In this document: positions 19,579 to 29,454 of the stretch, in pieces
Layout of the letters: every line of letters begins with the position of its first letter
Numbering within the stretch: position 1 is the stretch's first letter
Virus record (IMG/VR): IMGVR_UViG_3300045994_000112
Span: 1-59,286 of that record
DNA: 59,286 bases
Source of the DNA: a virus
Lineage: Duplodnaviria > Caudoviricetes
Strand: one strand, 5' to 3'
Notes under the pieces: model-generated
What the model saw: only the letters and a program-made list of their open reading frames with translations
Told to the model about the DNA's origin: nothing
Databases searched by the model: none
Made by a program: the position numbers and the translations under genes

Positions 19579-20446
19579 ATTTGTAATTGTATCGCAATGG
19601 AGAGAACTCTTCCATTGGATGTTGCGGTCCATATTGGTCGTACAACTTTGCCCACAATGGCGGACTATACCCATATACACTAACTAACTCATCTTGTATA
19701 TGCACTGGCAAAGAATGGAAGTCTGTGGAGGCTGGCCACTCAGATGCTTTTACTGCGGTGTAGAAGTTAGTCCAGCTAGTCGAATTTCGATTATGCCAGG
19801 CGAGCTGCTCTTTTAATAAGTCCGACAGAAATAATTTATTGTACCAATCGTCTGTTCCGTTTAGTTCTATGTGCTTACGTTCTGCGGATAAGTTTTGTCC
19901 AACAAATGCATCTTTACATGGTTTAACACGTAAGTTGTACCACGATGTATATAACTCTGTAGCTGCGGCAATGTTTGGTGTTATACCCATAACGTCGCAG
20001 ACTCTATAGTACTCAGCTGCCCATGTATTGTGATCTAAAAAACAACTGATGTCGATTCGGTGGCTTGGTGGTAGCCATTCAGTGAATTGAGCAGTGCGAT
20101 ATGAGTTGAGTCCACATAGATGTAAATCAAGTAACTCAATTGAATGCACCCACCAAAAATCATTGAACTGAGTACATGGTAGCACCACTCCAAAATAACT
20201 TATGGATGGATCAAGTTTACATTTCCACAAATAGTTTGGGCGAATTGGAATCTTAGATTGCGGTGCAATGTCTGGTGCTTTGAATCGGCCACGATCATCT
20301 TCGGCGACCAACCAACCACTAAGTCCTGAAAAATGGTCTCCTAACTTATTTGAAAATAACGGTACACTTTCATCACTCTGCGAGAATAACTCAGCCAAAA
20401 ATCTGCCAGCGTATCCGCATTCAAATATAATGTTTATTGGTTGCAT
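19562..20446 (-). CDS. hypothetical protein (sulfotransferase-like) with WP module
   Basis: GYAGRFL start; W..FY..VK...WP...FHSLP.HIQDEL. Confidence 0.6.
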   Translation of the reverse strand: MQPINIIFECGYAGRFLAELFSQSDESVPLFSNKLGDHFSGLSGWLVAEDDRGRFKAPDIAPQSKIPIRPNYLWKCKLDPSISYFGVVLPCTQFNDFWWVHSIELLDLHLCGLNSYRTAQFTEWLPPSHRIDISCFLDHNTWAAEYYRVCDVMGITPNIAAATELYTSWYNLRVKPCKDAFVGQNLSAERKHIELNGTDDWYNKLFLSDLLKEQLAWHNRNSTSWTNFYTAVKASEWPASTDFHSLPVHIQDELVSVYGYSPPLWAKLYDQYGPQHPMEEFSPLRYNYKFIYGH

Positions 20447-20463
20447 AGGGTATTTACTCGTGA

Positions 20464-20488
20464 AAGAAGGCGCCTCGGCGCCTTCTTT
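20464..20488. terminator. hairpin terminator after DUF2828 gene
   Basis: AAGAAGGCGCC-TC-GGCGCCTTCTT. Confidence 0.65.
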
Positions 20489-20500
20489 GTTGCCTACACC

Positions 20501-21913
20501 TTAAGCGTAGCTGTAACGGTCCTTCATAACCGTCTTCAACATGATGCCTTCTGGGGTGAATTCATCCATGTCTGCACCTAGCAATGCTGCGACAATAGCT
20601 GGGCTAAAGCCGCTAACCAATGCTGCACCAGACTTGTCTGCTGCTACTGGGGCGTTACCAGAACTCTTTAGGTTCCAGAAAACAACTTGTGGCATTGTGT
20701 AGCCTGCTGCTTCGTACTTACGTTCGATCATTTGCATGGCCGAGTCGTCGTGCGTTACGCATTGGTCGAATTGCATGTCCGACAAGATCAATACCATTGC
20801 TGGCATATCAGCTTGTGGAACGCTGCCCTTCACTGCCGTATCAAGGATCTTTGCAAATGCCTTGTTGATGTCAGTGTTCATTGCCCACTTAGACTTAACC
20901 ATTTGTTCCATCTTTTGGATGATGTCGCCCTTTAGGGTCAACAATTCTGGCGAACCAGAGAAGGTTAAGAATGTGTCCTTGAACGCACCCTTGTTCTTAT
21001 CAGCTAGGTACAAGCCCAAGCTAACTGCAACGTCCATACATGTAGTAGAACCGCTGCCACCTGCTGCGCAGGACATCGAACCAGATACGTCAACCAGAGG
21101 TAGGATACTTGCGTCACCTACATAGTTTGGCAATGCGTTCCATTGCGCGATGATGTGATCCTTTTCAGTCTTGTTGTAGCTGGCACCGTAGGTACCAATG
21201 CCCTTCAAAACATCGTATGGGAATACTGCTGCGGCGTTAACCTTAACAGATGGGTCACCCTTCACCAAAGCTGCAACGTATTCTGCGAACTTGGTTGTGT
21301 TACGGCTGAAAGCCTTCTTGTAACGAGCCGAAGCTACAGATGGAACGTGGGAGAAGTTGATGCTATCCCAGTCCTTAGCGCACATCGCGGTTTCAACGAC
21401 GTTAGTCATTGTAACCAGAGACTTACGGTAGAACTTTGGAGACATACCAAAGTGTTCACGGATTTCACGTGCGACTTCACCCTTACGAGGAGTCCACTTT
21501 GCAGCCAAGCCGTTCTTTGCACGAAGTGCATCGCCCAGCATGGTGTATGCCACATCCTTCATTGGCTTGGTCTTGAACACGAACAAGTCGTCCCAACGGC
21601 CAAGTTCAGGGATCTTTGCCAACAGAGCCTTAGCTGCGTCGGTATCAGAGCCTTCCAAATATGTCAGAATGTCACGGAAGATTTGACGTTCACCAGCACC
21701 ACCACGAGCATCACGTGCCCACAATGCGATACGCAACGCTAGGTCACGATCTTCTGCCAGAGCCGCAACGAATTGCGGAATAACGTTCTTACCACGGCTT
21801 GCGCCGATGTTGTAGAACAGGTCTACCGTCGCCTTAGAGGTCGACTTACGTGCCTTCATACCGTTAGCGGTACGGGCTTCTTGGTTGGCGATTGCCTTTA
21901 CAAATGCGTTCAT
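20501..21913 (-). CDS. DUF2828 family Ro60/TROVE-like protein with vWA domain
   Basis: RDARGGAGER, GRWDDL, AAKWTPR, MIDAS DVSGSM, ILSDMQFD, VFWNL. Confidence 0.9.
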   Translation of the reverse strand: MNAFVKAIANQEARTANGMKARKSTSKATVDLFYNIGASRGKNVIPQFVAALAEDRDLALRIALWARDARGGAGERQIFRDILTYLEGSDTDAAKALLAKIPELGRWDDLFVFKTKPMKDVAYTMLGDALRAKNGLAAKWTPRKGEVAREIREHFGMSPKFYRKSLVTMTNVVETAMCAKDWDSINFSHVPSVASARYKKAFSRNTTKFAEYVAALVKGDPSVKVNAAAVFPYDVLKGIGTYGASYNKTEKDHIIAQWNALPNYVGDASILPLVDVSGSMSCAAGGSGSTTCMDVAVSLGLYLADKNKGAFKDTFLTFSGSPELLTLKGDIIQKMEQMVKSKWAMNTDINKAFAKILDTAVKGSVPQADMPAMVLILSDMQFDQCVTHDDSAMQMIERKYEAAGYTMPQVVFWNLKSSGNAPVAADKSGAALVSGFSPAIVAALLGADMDEFTPEGIMLKTVMKDRYSYA

Positions 21914-21926
21914 TTTTGATTTCCTT

Positions 21927-21964
21927 CAGGTTACGTTTATGATATAAATTGCTGTATATAACCT
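21927..21964 (-). promoter_or_regulatory. minimal CAGCAA-helix element abutting the DUF2828 RBS
   Basis: AGGTTAT-ATA-CAGCAA...GTAACCTG-AAGGA-N8-ATG. Confidence 0.65.
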
Positions 21965-21970
21965 ATACAA

Positions 21971-22220
21971 CAGGATGAGTGAGACAGTAATATATTTTCT
22001 TGGCGCCCCCATCCGCAGTATATCGCTTCAAGTCTCACGCCAATACCCAGTTTATTCTATGCTGGTTACTATCCCATATTCTACGGGCACTATTGCATTT
22101 CTCTGCACACTAGCTCTACGGAAGTCTGACCCTACACCGCGGACGGTGTAACGCCAAACCTTGAACTAAATCGTCCTTCAAGCAAGACAAGTATTGTTTT
22201 ATGGTTGCTGAATTCATCCT
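21971..22220 (-). ncRNA. CAGCAA-helix family RNA, about 250 nt
   Basis: AGGATGA-ATT-CAGCAA...TCATCCTG. Confidence 0.7.
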
Positions 22221-22230
22221 AAGCAAACAA

Positions 22231-22396
22231 CAGGTTAGTTTTTAGCTTCTAGTTTAAACAGGGAAACAACTCCTGGGCGATAGATCCGGACGGCATTAAA
22301 GCCAGCTCAGTAACCCCTTCAACGCCTTGCGGCTCCACGATTACTATGCACAGATTCCATCAGATCATTGTTAATGATTGTGGCTGAACCTAACCT
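22231..22396 (-). ncRNA. CAGCAA-helix family RNA
   Basis: AGGTTAG-GTT-CAGCCA...CTAACCTG. Confidence 0.7.
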
Positions 22397-22406
22397 TACA
22401 AAACAA

Positions 22407-22537
22407 CGGGATAGTTGCCTACTTTTTGTTTTTATCGAGGAGACTTATCGAAACTCCTCTATCTATTTTATTCGGAGTTTGATGTCCGAGTAAAAATAGC
22501 ATTCCTATGTAATATAGTGATTGCAGAACCTATCCCT
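22407..22537 (-). ncRNA. CAGCAA-helix family RNA
   Basis: GGGATAG-GTT-CTGCAA...CTATCCCG. Confidence 0.7.
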
Positions 22538-22562
22538 AAAACTTCTTACTAACTTAACCTCT

Positions 22563-22591
22563 ATTTTACAATAAATTTCTTTACTGTGCAA
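22563..22591 (-). promoter_or_regulatory. sigma70 promoter for the RNA cluster-DUF2828 unit
   Basis: TTGCAC-17-TAAAAT. Confidence 0.6.
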
Positions 22592-22614
22592 ACATTTCGG
22601 CTAAACTGGTTACC

Positions 22615-22881
22615 TTATTTTGGCGAAGCGGCAAGCTGTTTCTTAGCTTGTGCTGCCAATTTGTCACGGAGATAATTCGGTCCAATTACCCCGTCTTGAA
22701 TTTCAAGCAGTGCAGTCACTTCACTGAAGACGTGCTCACGCTTTGTGCTGTTACGATTGAGCAAACGAATTTCACGTGCCCTTGCTGATGCAATGATGAC
22801 CATGTCATAGCGGGAACCAATGTTGGAGACACATTTGTTTGTGTCGATTTCTGGGCCGCGAGATAGGGAAACTGCTTTCAT
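22615..22881 (-). CDS. rpoZ: RNA polymerase omega subunit-like protein
   Basis: IGSRYDMVIIASARAREI...TALLEIQDG. Confidence 0.8.
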   Translation of the reverse strand: MKAVSLSRGPEIDTNKCVSNIGSRYDMVIIASARAREIRLLNRNSTKREHVFSEVTALLEIQDGVIGPNYLRDKLAAQAKKQLAASPK

Positions 22882-22944
22882 TTTTGACCTTTAAGTTGTT
22901 GCAGTAATGATTATACATTAAGCTCACTTAAAAGTCAACTTGTT

Positions 22945-23337
22945 TTATTGCCTTTGTATGAATGTTGCTAACTGCATATCATGCTGGTCAATGTGGTCCA
23001 GGAAGGACCGTTGCCATCTTCCGATAATGTAGGAAGGAGACATATATCTGAATCCCGCCTCCATTTGATTCAATGATTCCTGTAATTTGTCCACCAACTC
23101 GTCATGTGCCACTTTATGGGCATTCAGATATGGGTACGAATACGAATACATTAACCGCTCTTCTTCTTTAAGATCCGCCTGCAATATTTTGATCGCTTCT
23201 TTTACCATACCATTTGCAAATTTGCGGTCCGATTCAGCAACTTTAATCGCAGCATTCAGTCGAGTGATGACATCCCAATGAGCATCATCAATTTCAGGAA
23301 TCTCGATTCGATAGTGGCTAAAAATTTCTGGGTTCAT
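22945..23337 (-). CDS. hemerythrin-like protein (degenerate)
   Basis: IDDAH, EEERLM, HKVAH, HIDQHD; one His ligand replaced by Asp. Confidence 0.85.
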   Translation of the reverse strand: MNPEIFSHYRIEIPEIDDAHWDVITRLNAAIKVAESDRKFANGMVKEAIKILQADLKEEERLMYSYSYPYLNAHKVAHDELVDKLQESLNQMEAGFRYMSPSYIIGRWQRSFLDHIDQHDMQLATFIQRQ

Positions 23338-23419
23338 ACGTTATAATTGTTCTTATAACGTACTTATTGTCCTAGGTTAAGAAGAAATACTATGCGTTAA
23401 GTGTTGCATAGCACAAAAA

Positions 23420-23495
23420 TGGTACGTCCTGACGGGTTCGAACCGCCGACATTCGCCGTGTAAAGGCGACGCTCTACCAACTGAGCTAAGGACGC
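23420..23495 (-). tRNA. tRNA-Val(TAC)
   Basis: Cloverleaf, CCA. Confidence 0.95.
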
Positions 23496-23497
23496 AA

Positions 23498-23794
23498 CTA
23501 ATTAAACCTCGAATTCCCAAACATGGATGATGTCCAATCGTCTGGGTCTTCGTATGCATGATTCGGAAAGACCTCATCATGCAAAATCTGCAATGCAGCA
23601 ATCGCTTCCATAACTAACGAAGGAAATCCTTGTCTGCCTGGGCGATCTACTGCTGTTAACTTATTTATGTACGTGGCAAACTCTTTCTCGCCCCAATACA
23701 ATTCCAATGCTTTACCGATTCTAGGAAATGATGCATAAATCATAAGCAAGCTCTTATTCATCAATGCTTGCTGCTCTTTTGTCATGACCGTCAT
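23498..23794 (-). CDS. hypothetical protein
   Basis: FPRIGKALELYWG..F..YINKL...RQGFP. Confidence 0.7.
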   Translation of the reverse strand: MTVMTKEQQALMNKSLLMIYASFPRIGKALELYWGEKEFATYINKLTAVDRPGRQGFPSLVMEAIAALQILHDEVFPNHAYEDPDDWTSSMFGNSRFN

Positions 23795-23795
23795 T

Positions 23796-24014
23796 CTAAA
23801 TCCTAAAAACTTTGTGGTGTTCCTCACTTAATTCAATAATTGCAAGCAACGCTTCTGCGCTAAATTCTCTTGCTCTTCCGTCAACTGAAATGTTAAGAAG
23901 CTTGTTAATATAGGGGCGAAATTCTTTATTACCCCACATCAAACATAAATGCTTACTAACCTCTGCATGTTCGTCGTCGAGTAATTTGAAATTGTCACTT
24001 TTCATGATAATCAT
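23796..24014 (-). CDS. hypothetical protein, paralog of neighbour
   Basis: LCLMWGNKEFRPYINKL. Confidence 0.65.
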   Translation of the reverse strand: MIIMKSDNFKLLDDEHAEVSKHLCLMWGNKEFRPYINKLLNISVDGRAREFSAEALLAIIELSEEHHKVFRI

Positions 24015-24030
24015 GCAGTATTTAGTTATT

Positions 24031-24106
24031 TGGCTCCTCGACCTGGGCTCGAACCAGGGACCAACGGATTAACAGTCCGGCACTCTACCAACTGAGCTAT
24101 CGAGGA
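24031..24106 (-). tRNA. tRNA-Asn(GTT)
   Basis: Cloverleaf, CCA. Confidence 0.95.
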
Positions 24107-24267
24107 ATAATCTTACGCTGCGGTCCAATAACCCCGCTCAAGTCTGCGTCAACATATCAGCAGTGCTAGTGTTCTCGTCTGTGATACATCCTGGTTTACG
24201 CCAGTACGGTGAAGTCCATTTTGGCCTGTCACATCGGAGTTCTCCTAAAACTTCTAACTAACAATTC

Positions 24268-24342
24268 TGGTGCCCAATGTCTGATTCGAACAGACGACCT
24301 ACCGCTTACAAGGCGGTTGCTCTACCCCTGAGCTAATCGGGC
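24268..24342 (-). tRNA. tRNA-Thr(TGT)
   Basis: Cloverleaf, CCA. Confidence 0.95.
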
Positions 24343-24902
24343 AATACTAACTCTTTATTTATACTAACTTTGGTGCGGGTGGACGGACTTGAACCGTCAA
24401 GCTGTGAGGCGGTTGATTTTAAGTCAACTGAGTTTACCGATTTCTCCACACCCGCTCTATCTTTTCGCCAACCTTTAGGTTTTCCGCCCTTGTGGTTAGC
24501 GGCAATTTTTGCCTTATGTTCGTCTGACTTAGACTTTCCTTTATTTCCCGTGCCGTTTGTGTTTCCTTTTTTACTATTCATTGCGCAAGCAACTTCATAG
24601 CCATACTTTTCAACTTTTCGCTCCCAGGGATTTTTATGTCCACCAGGTTGCTCTGCACGATCAATAGTCAAGTTATCAACATCAGTTCCCCAATACAGGT
24701 GCTTTGGGTTGCTACACTTACCATTGTGGCATCCGTGACACAAAAGAATTCGGCCAGACGGAATCGTCGTATCCAAATACTGTGCTAAAACGCCTTTATG
24801 GTTAGTGGAGTTGCCACCGCGTTCGCAACAAGGCGAAGATAAGTCTAAATGACTCCTGCGCTCGTCTCTTGACCGGGTAATGAACTCTTTGATATCTATC
24901 AT
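24333..24902 (-). CDS. HNH homing endonuclease with NUMOD3-like tail
   Basis: CHGCHNGKCSNPKHLYWGT...N; KSDEHKAKIA. Confidence 0.8.
   Translation of the reverse strand: MIDIKEFITRSRDERRSHLDLSSPCCERGGNSTNHKGVLAQYLDTTIPSGRILLCHGCHNGKCSNPKHLYWGTDVDNLTIDRAEQPGGHKNPWERKVEKYGYEVACAMNSKKGNTNGTGNKGKSKSDEHKAKIAANHKGGKPKGWRKDRAGVEKSVNSVDLKSTASQLDGSSPSTRTKVSINKELVLPD
24371..24455 (-). tRNA. tRNA-Leu(TAA)
   Basis: Long variable arm, CCA. Confidence 0.9.
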
Positions 24903-24954
24903 CTTAAAACAATTATACTACAGTATTATTTATACTGCAAGGAATCTGGTGATT

Positions 24955-25602
24955 TTAATATAGCCCTAAAGGTGCTAAATCTGTTTCGTATTTCTTCTCG
25001 CCTACGTGCACAGGCGGCGGACGCAATCCTTGCGCAAGAGCTGCACGGAATGCACGTTCTTCTTCTGGTGAGAACGGTTCGTAAGGCACAGTGTCTGGTG
25101 AGGTGTCGTAATCGTCTTGTGATACAGGATTCCTACGTTCTTCACGTATTGTATCTTGAAACTGTGCTTCCAGTGTCCTAGCTTTTCTGCGTTCCACAGG
25201 CACTTGCGGTTTAATACGGGCATTAGTTTCAAATACGTCAACAGTCTCGTTAACTTTCCAATACACCGCATCAACTGCTACACCGTACTCAGCAAAACAA
25301 TTCTGCTTGATAAGTTCTTCTATTTCTTGTAAGCGCAACCCATTTGCGTGCCGAGACTCTGCAAAATGCTTCGTAGTCTCCATCATAATTGCATAGAAGT
25401 GAGCACGCTCGTCTAATGCTGATAAGCGGTAACGATACATGCCTGATAGGATTTCAAGCGATGTAAGAGTGTCTTTGATTGACTTCTTTAGCATTTCCAA
25501 TCGCCAATGCTTACGCTCCTCCAATGTCATTGCCTTAGCGTCAATGATTGTCGGACCTGAGTCAGTTTGCGGAGATAACTTTTTCTTAAAGAATTTAAAC
25601 AT
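24955..25602 (-). CDS. hypothetical protein
   Basis: Paralog of 28294-28878; TAAATA upstream. Confidence 0.75.
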   Translation of the reverse strand: MFKFFKKKLSPQTDSGPTIIDAKAMTLEERKHWRLEMLKKSIKDTLTSLEILSGMYRYRLSALDERAHFYAIMMETTKHFAESRHANGLRLQEIEELIKQNCFAEYGVAVDAVYWKVNETVDVFETNARIKPQVPVERRKARTLEAQFQDTIREERRNPVSQDDYDTSPDTVPYEPFSPEEERAFRAALAQGLRPPPVHVGEKKYETDLAPLGLY

Positions 25603-25620
25603 TATTGTATTTATGTCGAA

Positions 25621-25697
25621 TGGAGCGGCCGGGCAGGATTTGAACCTTCTTCTCAGACTGGGAAGTCTGTATTCTACCAGTCATGAACTACGGCAGC
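25621..25697 (-). tRNA. degenerate tRNA-Gly (CCC or TCC)
   Basis: GC..CGCTCCA acceptor with mismatches; irregular anticodon loop. Confidence 0.5.
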
Positions 25698-26466
25698 GTT
25701 CTTCAAATAATGTTGGTTGTCCTTTTATCTTCTTACAAAAATGATTTGCTATTGCTCGATGCGTGTCAAAGCCAAATGTTGTGTATTCTTCTTTACCATA
25801 CGAGTTAACCATATCTTCTTTTATGTGTTTGTCTTCGTAGTCTATCTCTAAATCAAAATACGGCACACCCTCTGCTCTGCACACTTCACCAGCAAGTACC
25901 TTATTCTTGTAAAAATTGTAACTGTTTGACTTCCAGTCAATAAAGTCCCAATACTCTGGATACGGTATTGTTTGATTATCTTCAGGCGTCTTATACACTA
26001 ATCCTTGATACTTAATGGACGCAAATTCTCTGCGCAAGTATGTGGGCCAAATTACTAGCACTGCATCTATGGTGCCCTTTAATGCTTTGACGGTGTTCAC
26101 TACAATGCGAGATACAGAGTCGGCGCTGCCACCAGGCAAGCCCATGTTCATTACTTTGTGTTGCGGAAACATCTCTTGCAACTTAGAGATAAATGTTTGG
26201 TCTTTCTCAAGACAAAGTCCGAACACATTACTATCACCAAGGCACAAAATATTGTGTGTGTGTAATAACGACTCATCGTAATCAAACGTGCTATTGTAAC
26301 CTAAGTTGTTTATTGTGTATTCAACGTGCATGGGTTTGATCGTAGTGCCAGCAGCTTCTTTTAAGTTAATTCTATACGACGGGAACTCCCATGCAGGGGG
26401 AATCTGTTCCTTGAAGTACAAATTCCTGTGATGTGTTTTGTCTAAGTAATATTCAATCTTACTCAT
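25681..26466 (-). CDS. SGNH-hydrolase-like protein
   Basis: YTINNLGY, LCLGDSNVFG, NMGLPGGS. Confidence 0.7.
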   Translation of the reverse strand: MSKIEYYLDKTHHRNLYFKEQIPPAWEFPSYRINLKEAAGTTIKPMHVEYTINNLGYNSTFDYDESLLHTHNILCLGDSNVFGLCLEKDQTFISKLQEMFPQHKVMNMGLPGGSADSVSRIVVNTVKALKGTIDAVLVIWPTYLRREFASIKYQGLVYKTPEDNQTIPYPEYWDFIDWKSNSYNFYKNKVLAGEVCRAEGVPYFDLEIDYEDKHIKEDMVNSYGKEEYTTFGFDTHRAIANHFCKKIKGQPTLFEERCRSS

Positions 26467-27574
26467 TAAACTTCAACTTATACCCAATAGAGTTAAACTG
26501 TCGCATATTAAGCTTATCGGGTCCTTGCACTAAAAACTTGCCCGCAGCATCGTTTAAAAACTCTATATACCCACTGAGGTAATTATCGACTATTAATCGA
26601 TTACTGTTAAACAAGGATTGAAACCATCTCGCAGGACGGCCAGTATACTCTGATCCAGTAAATTTTCCTGATTCCGGAATGATGAGTGTCGTCGCAAAAT
26701 CTCCTACGTGCTGTATTGGACTTACATTTATGTCACCAAAGCGACCACATGCATTTATACTGTATTCGTGCCAGTGGAACTTAGTTGGGTGATGCATATC
26801 ATTGTAGTGCATTACATCTGCCGGAGATACCGCTGCTTGGCATTTTGATTTAATATAATCCAGCATCATATATGATTGCTTTATATGCAGCTCAGGTAAA
26901 TCAGGTGAGATATAAAAACAATCTATCCCCGAATATCCCATAATCTTCCCGTAATTGTTGTCAGCTTGATAAGAGTACACGCCGTCAGTGGTAATACGAA
27001 GTCTTGGCTTCTCAAATCCAACAATGGATATGTAATCATCTGTGCCTATAATTTTGCTCACATAATCGTAAGCAACACCATCGCCACCCAACATTCCAAA
27101 ATTTTGCTTGGCTCCTTTGGACCATATCCAGTCCGGGGAGTCATATGCTTCTAGCATCAGCTTATCGTAGTCATCTGATACAATTATTTTTGTTGTTTTA
27201 TCGTATAACCCAGCAGTAAATAAATCCATTACTTCCTTGTACACATCAGCTTGGTCTGGGCGACGTCGCAAAAACAATGCGTCGATGTGTATGTTGTTTC
27301 GCTCAAACACTTTGTAAATCGTGTAACTGTCAGTGCCCCCTGAAAATTGAAGCACTATTGGCTTACCTTTAGCCGCAATTTGGTGAGCTCTGATATCCAA
27401 TAATTCATCCCAAGATTGAGATGGGCGTTTACTCCAATCACATTTCGTAAACGCAGAATCGTACATGTTAAATCTCATGTCTAGATTGTTAGTCGCTGCA
27501 TGGTGCGCGGCAAGATATCGATTATCAAATCGAACAAACGGTGTTACATTCTCCATTCCAACTTCGTAATACAT
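26459..27574 (-). CDS. PP-loop (adenine nucleotide alpha hydrolase-like) protein
   Basis: VLQFSGGTDS; GFEKP. Confidence 0.7.
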   Translation of the reverse strand: MYYEVGMENVTPFVRFDNRYLAAHHAATNNLDMRFNMYDSAFTKCDWSKRPSQSWDELLDIRAHQIAAKGKPIVLQFSGGTDSYTIYKVFERNNIHIDALFLRRRPDQADVYKEVMDLFTAGLYDKTTKIIVSDDYDKLMLEAYDSPDWIWSKGAKQNFGMLGGDGVAYDYVSKIIGTDDYISIVGFEKPRLRITTDGVYSYQADNNYGKIMGYSGIDCFYISPDLPELHIKQSYMMLDYIKSKCQAAVSPADVMHYNDMHHPTKFHWHEYSINACGRFGDINVSPIQHVGDFATTLIIPESGKFTGSEYTGRPARWFQSLFNSNRLIVDNYLSGYIEFLNDAAGKFLVQGPDKLNMRQFNSIGYKLKFNE

Positions 27575-28260
27575 TATGCGCCCTGCCAAAAAGTGGAATA
27601 CGATTCCTTGACCTTAGAATAGATGGAATCTATCTCGGCCAATAATTCTTTATTTGTCATTAACGAAGAGTAGTCTATGTCATTAGAGACAGTGCTAATA
27701 TCAAAGTCTGATTCAATGCAGCCGAAATGTTCTTTCAACATATCTTCCACATCATCAAAATCGCAATCTATAGTTGGTTTCCCGTACACTGACTTAATGT
27801 GGTCTTTGATCATGCCAAATACGATGTATCCACGTGCCAAGTAAAAGACTTTGTTAACGTCGAGTTTAAAATCGCGAATCGCAGGAGGGCTATTTTTAGG
27901 TCGATGCCACGATGAAGGGTTAGATCTATCCATGTACCCGTAGCTTAATACAGCATCATTGAAATTTTGTCTTGTGACAAAGATGATCTTGTCAAATTTT
28001 GAATAATCCAATAATCTATAATGATCAGTAATTGTTTTATTTTTTAAATCAATAAAATCATTGCCATTTATCTTAAGACAAAAGTTATCCTTTTTGTTTA
28101 CAGATTCAATCAACGGAGGGATGCATGAGAGATCGTTACCAGCGGCAATTCGTGCCTTAGTTAATAAATCGCTCAATCTAGTTAACCCAAACTTAGTTGA
28201 AAGAATTTCGCAGAGCATTGTGCTCTTGCTCCTAGGAGTGTAAACTATCAGTATATTCAT
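27574..28260 (-). CDS. sulfotransferase-like P-loop protein
   Basis: YTPRSKSTML; IFVTRQN....LS. Confidence 0.6.
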   Translation of the reverse strand: MNILIVYTPRSKSTMLCEILSTKFGLTRLSDLLTKARIAAGNDLSCIPPLIESVNKKDNFCLKINGNDFIDLKNKTITDHYRLLDYSKFDKIIFVTRQNFNDAVLSYGYMDRSNPSSWHRPKNSPPAIRDFKLDVNKVFYLARGYIVFGMIKDHIKSVYGKPTIDCDFDDVEDMLKEHFGCIESDFDISTVSNDIDYSSLMTNKELLAEIDSIYSKVKESYSTFWQGA

Positions 28261-28293
28261 ACTAGTATTTATTGGCTAGTATGCTGCTAAAAT

Positions 28294-28878
28294 TTATTGT
28301 GGTCCTAATGGTGATATGTCTGTGTCGTATGTTTTACCATCTACTTCGCGCCTGTCGCGTTCGCCATAAGCAGAATCACTCCATCCAGGAGCAGTGTCTT
28401 TAAAATCTCGTGCAATTTCTTCAATTGGACGACGTGGGCGGTTAGATGGGATACTGTATTCTTTTACATTCTCAAATACTTCAACTGTCTCGTTTGCTTT
28501 CCAGTAAACGCCCTCAACAATAATGTTGAACGAGTTGAATGCAATCTTCTTTATCGTTTCTTCTATTTGCGCCAGCTTGTTTGTTGTCTTGTGCTTGCTC
28601 AGTGCAAAATGTCTAGTAGTGTCAATCATTACAATAAAGTAGTGAGCACGTTCGTCTAACGCCATAAAGCGATAGCGATACATGCCGCTTACAATCTGAT
28701 AAGAAGAAAAGGCGTCTTGAATAGCTTTACGGAGCATCTGTTCACGATACTCTTTACGCTCTTCAAGAGTCATCTTGATAGCGTCCATGCGTGTCTCAGG
28801 TCCTGAATCTTCGTCGTCAGGCTCTGGCCATTTGCTTGGCTGCTTTTTCTTATTAAAAAGATTACTTAATGAAAACAT
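28294..28878 (-). CDS. hypothetical protein
   Basis: MTLEERK, SGMYRYR..ALDERAH, YWK.NETV shared with 24955-25602. Confidence 0.75.
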   Translation of the reverse strand: MFSLSNLFNKKKQPSKWPEPDDEDSGPETRMDAIKMTLEERKEYREQMLRKAIQDAFSSYQIVSGMYRYRFMALDERAHYFIVMIDTTRHFALSKHKTTNKLAQIEETIKKIAFNSFNIIVEGVYWKANETVEVFENVKEYSIPSNRPRRPIEEIARDFKDTAPGWSDSAYGERDRREVDGKTYDTDISPLGPQ

Positions 28879-28880
28879 GA

Positions 28881-29117
28881 TTAAAACGTGATTGGGTCTT
28901 TCGTTATCTTACGTAGCACCAAGTTGATGCCAGACAATGCTAACGATTGATATGTTGGGTCAATGATGAACCCGTAACGAAGTTGCAATAGCAAAACGCC
29001 TGCTGCGACTACGTTAGTCCATACTGTTTTAGAGCCGTACCACTTTTTACCAACTGCGTCGTCTAAGACTGCTGTAGTTACTGCTGCATTAATTAAATCT
29101 TTTGGAGTTGCTGTCAT
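28881..29117 (-). CDS. small membrane protein (holin-like)
   Basis: KKWYGSKTVWTN plus two hydrophobic segments; late promoter. Confidence 0.6.
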   Translation of the reverse strand: MTATPKDLINAAVTTAVLDDAVGKKWYGSKTVWTNVVAAGVLLLQLRYGFIIDPTYQSLALSGINLVLRKITKDPITF

Positions 29118-29153
29118 ACTAGATCCTTGTTTTTATCTAGTATTTAGCTTGCT

Positions 29154-29245
29154 TGGTACGAGCGGAGGGAATCAAACCCTCTCGAGGCAGCTAATCGGGC
29201 CGCATAGTGTTTATAAGGCACCACTGACTATCAAGTCTCGCTCGC
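29154..29245 (-). tRNA. tRNA with TAT (Ile) anticodon, long variable arm
   Basis: GGTGC-CT-TAT-AA-ACACT; short D arm; CCA. Confidence 0.7.
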
Positions 29246-29454
29246 ATGGGATTGGGAAGGCGTATGGAGTTTTACCCCGGGAATTGATCGGCTTTTATAG
29301 TCCCCACCTCGACGGACCACCGTACCCCTGTACTTCTTGCAAGAAACCATTGTTGCATAGTGTTTTTGTCAGATTATTATTCACTACATCACGACGCGAT
29401 GCCAACTAAATTGGCGCACTGCTCGATACCTTCTACGGCGGGCAACAAATATAA

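Noticed and set aside
21927-22537. CRISPR array
   Set aside because: Repeats are covarying helices with highly variable spacing; no cas genes in the window
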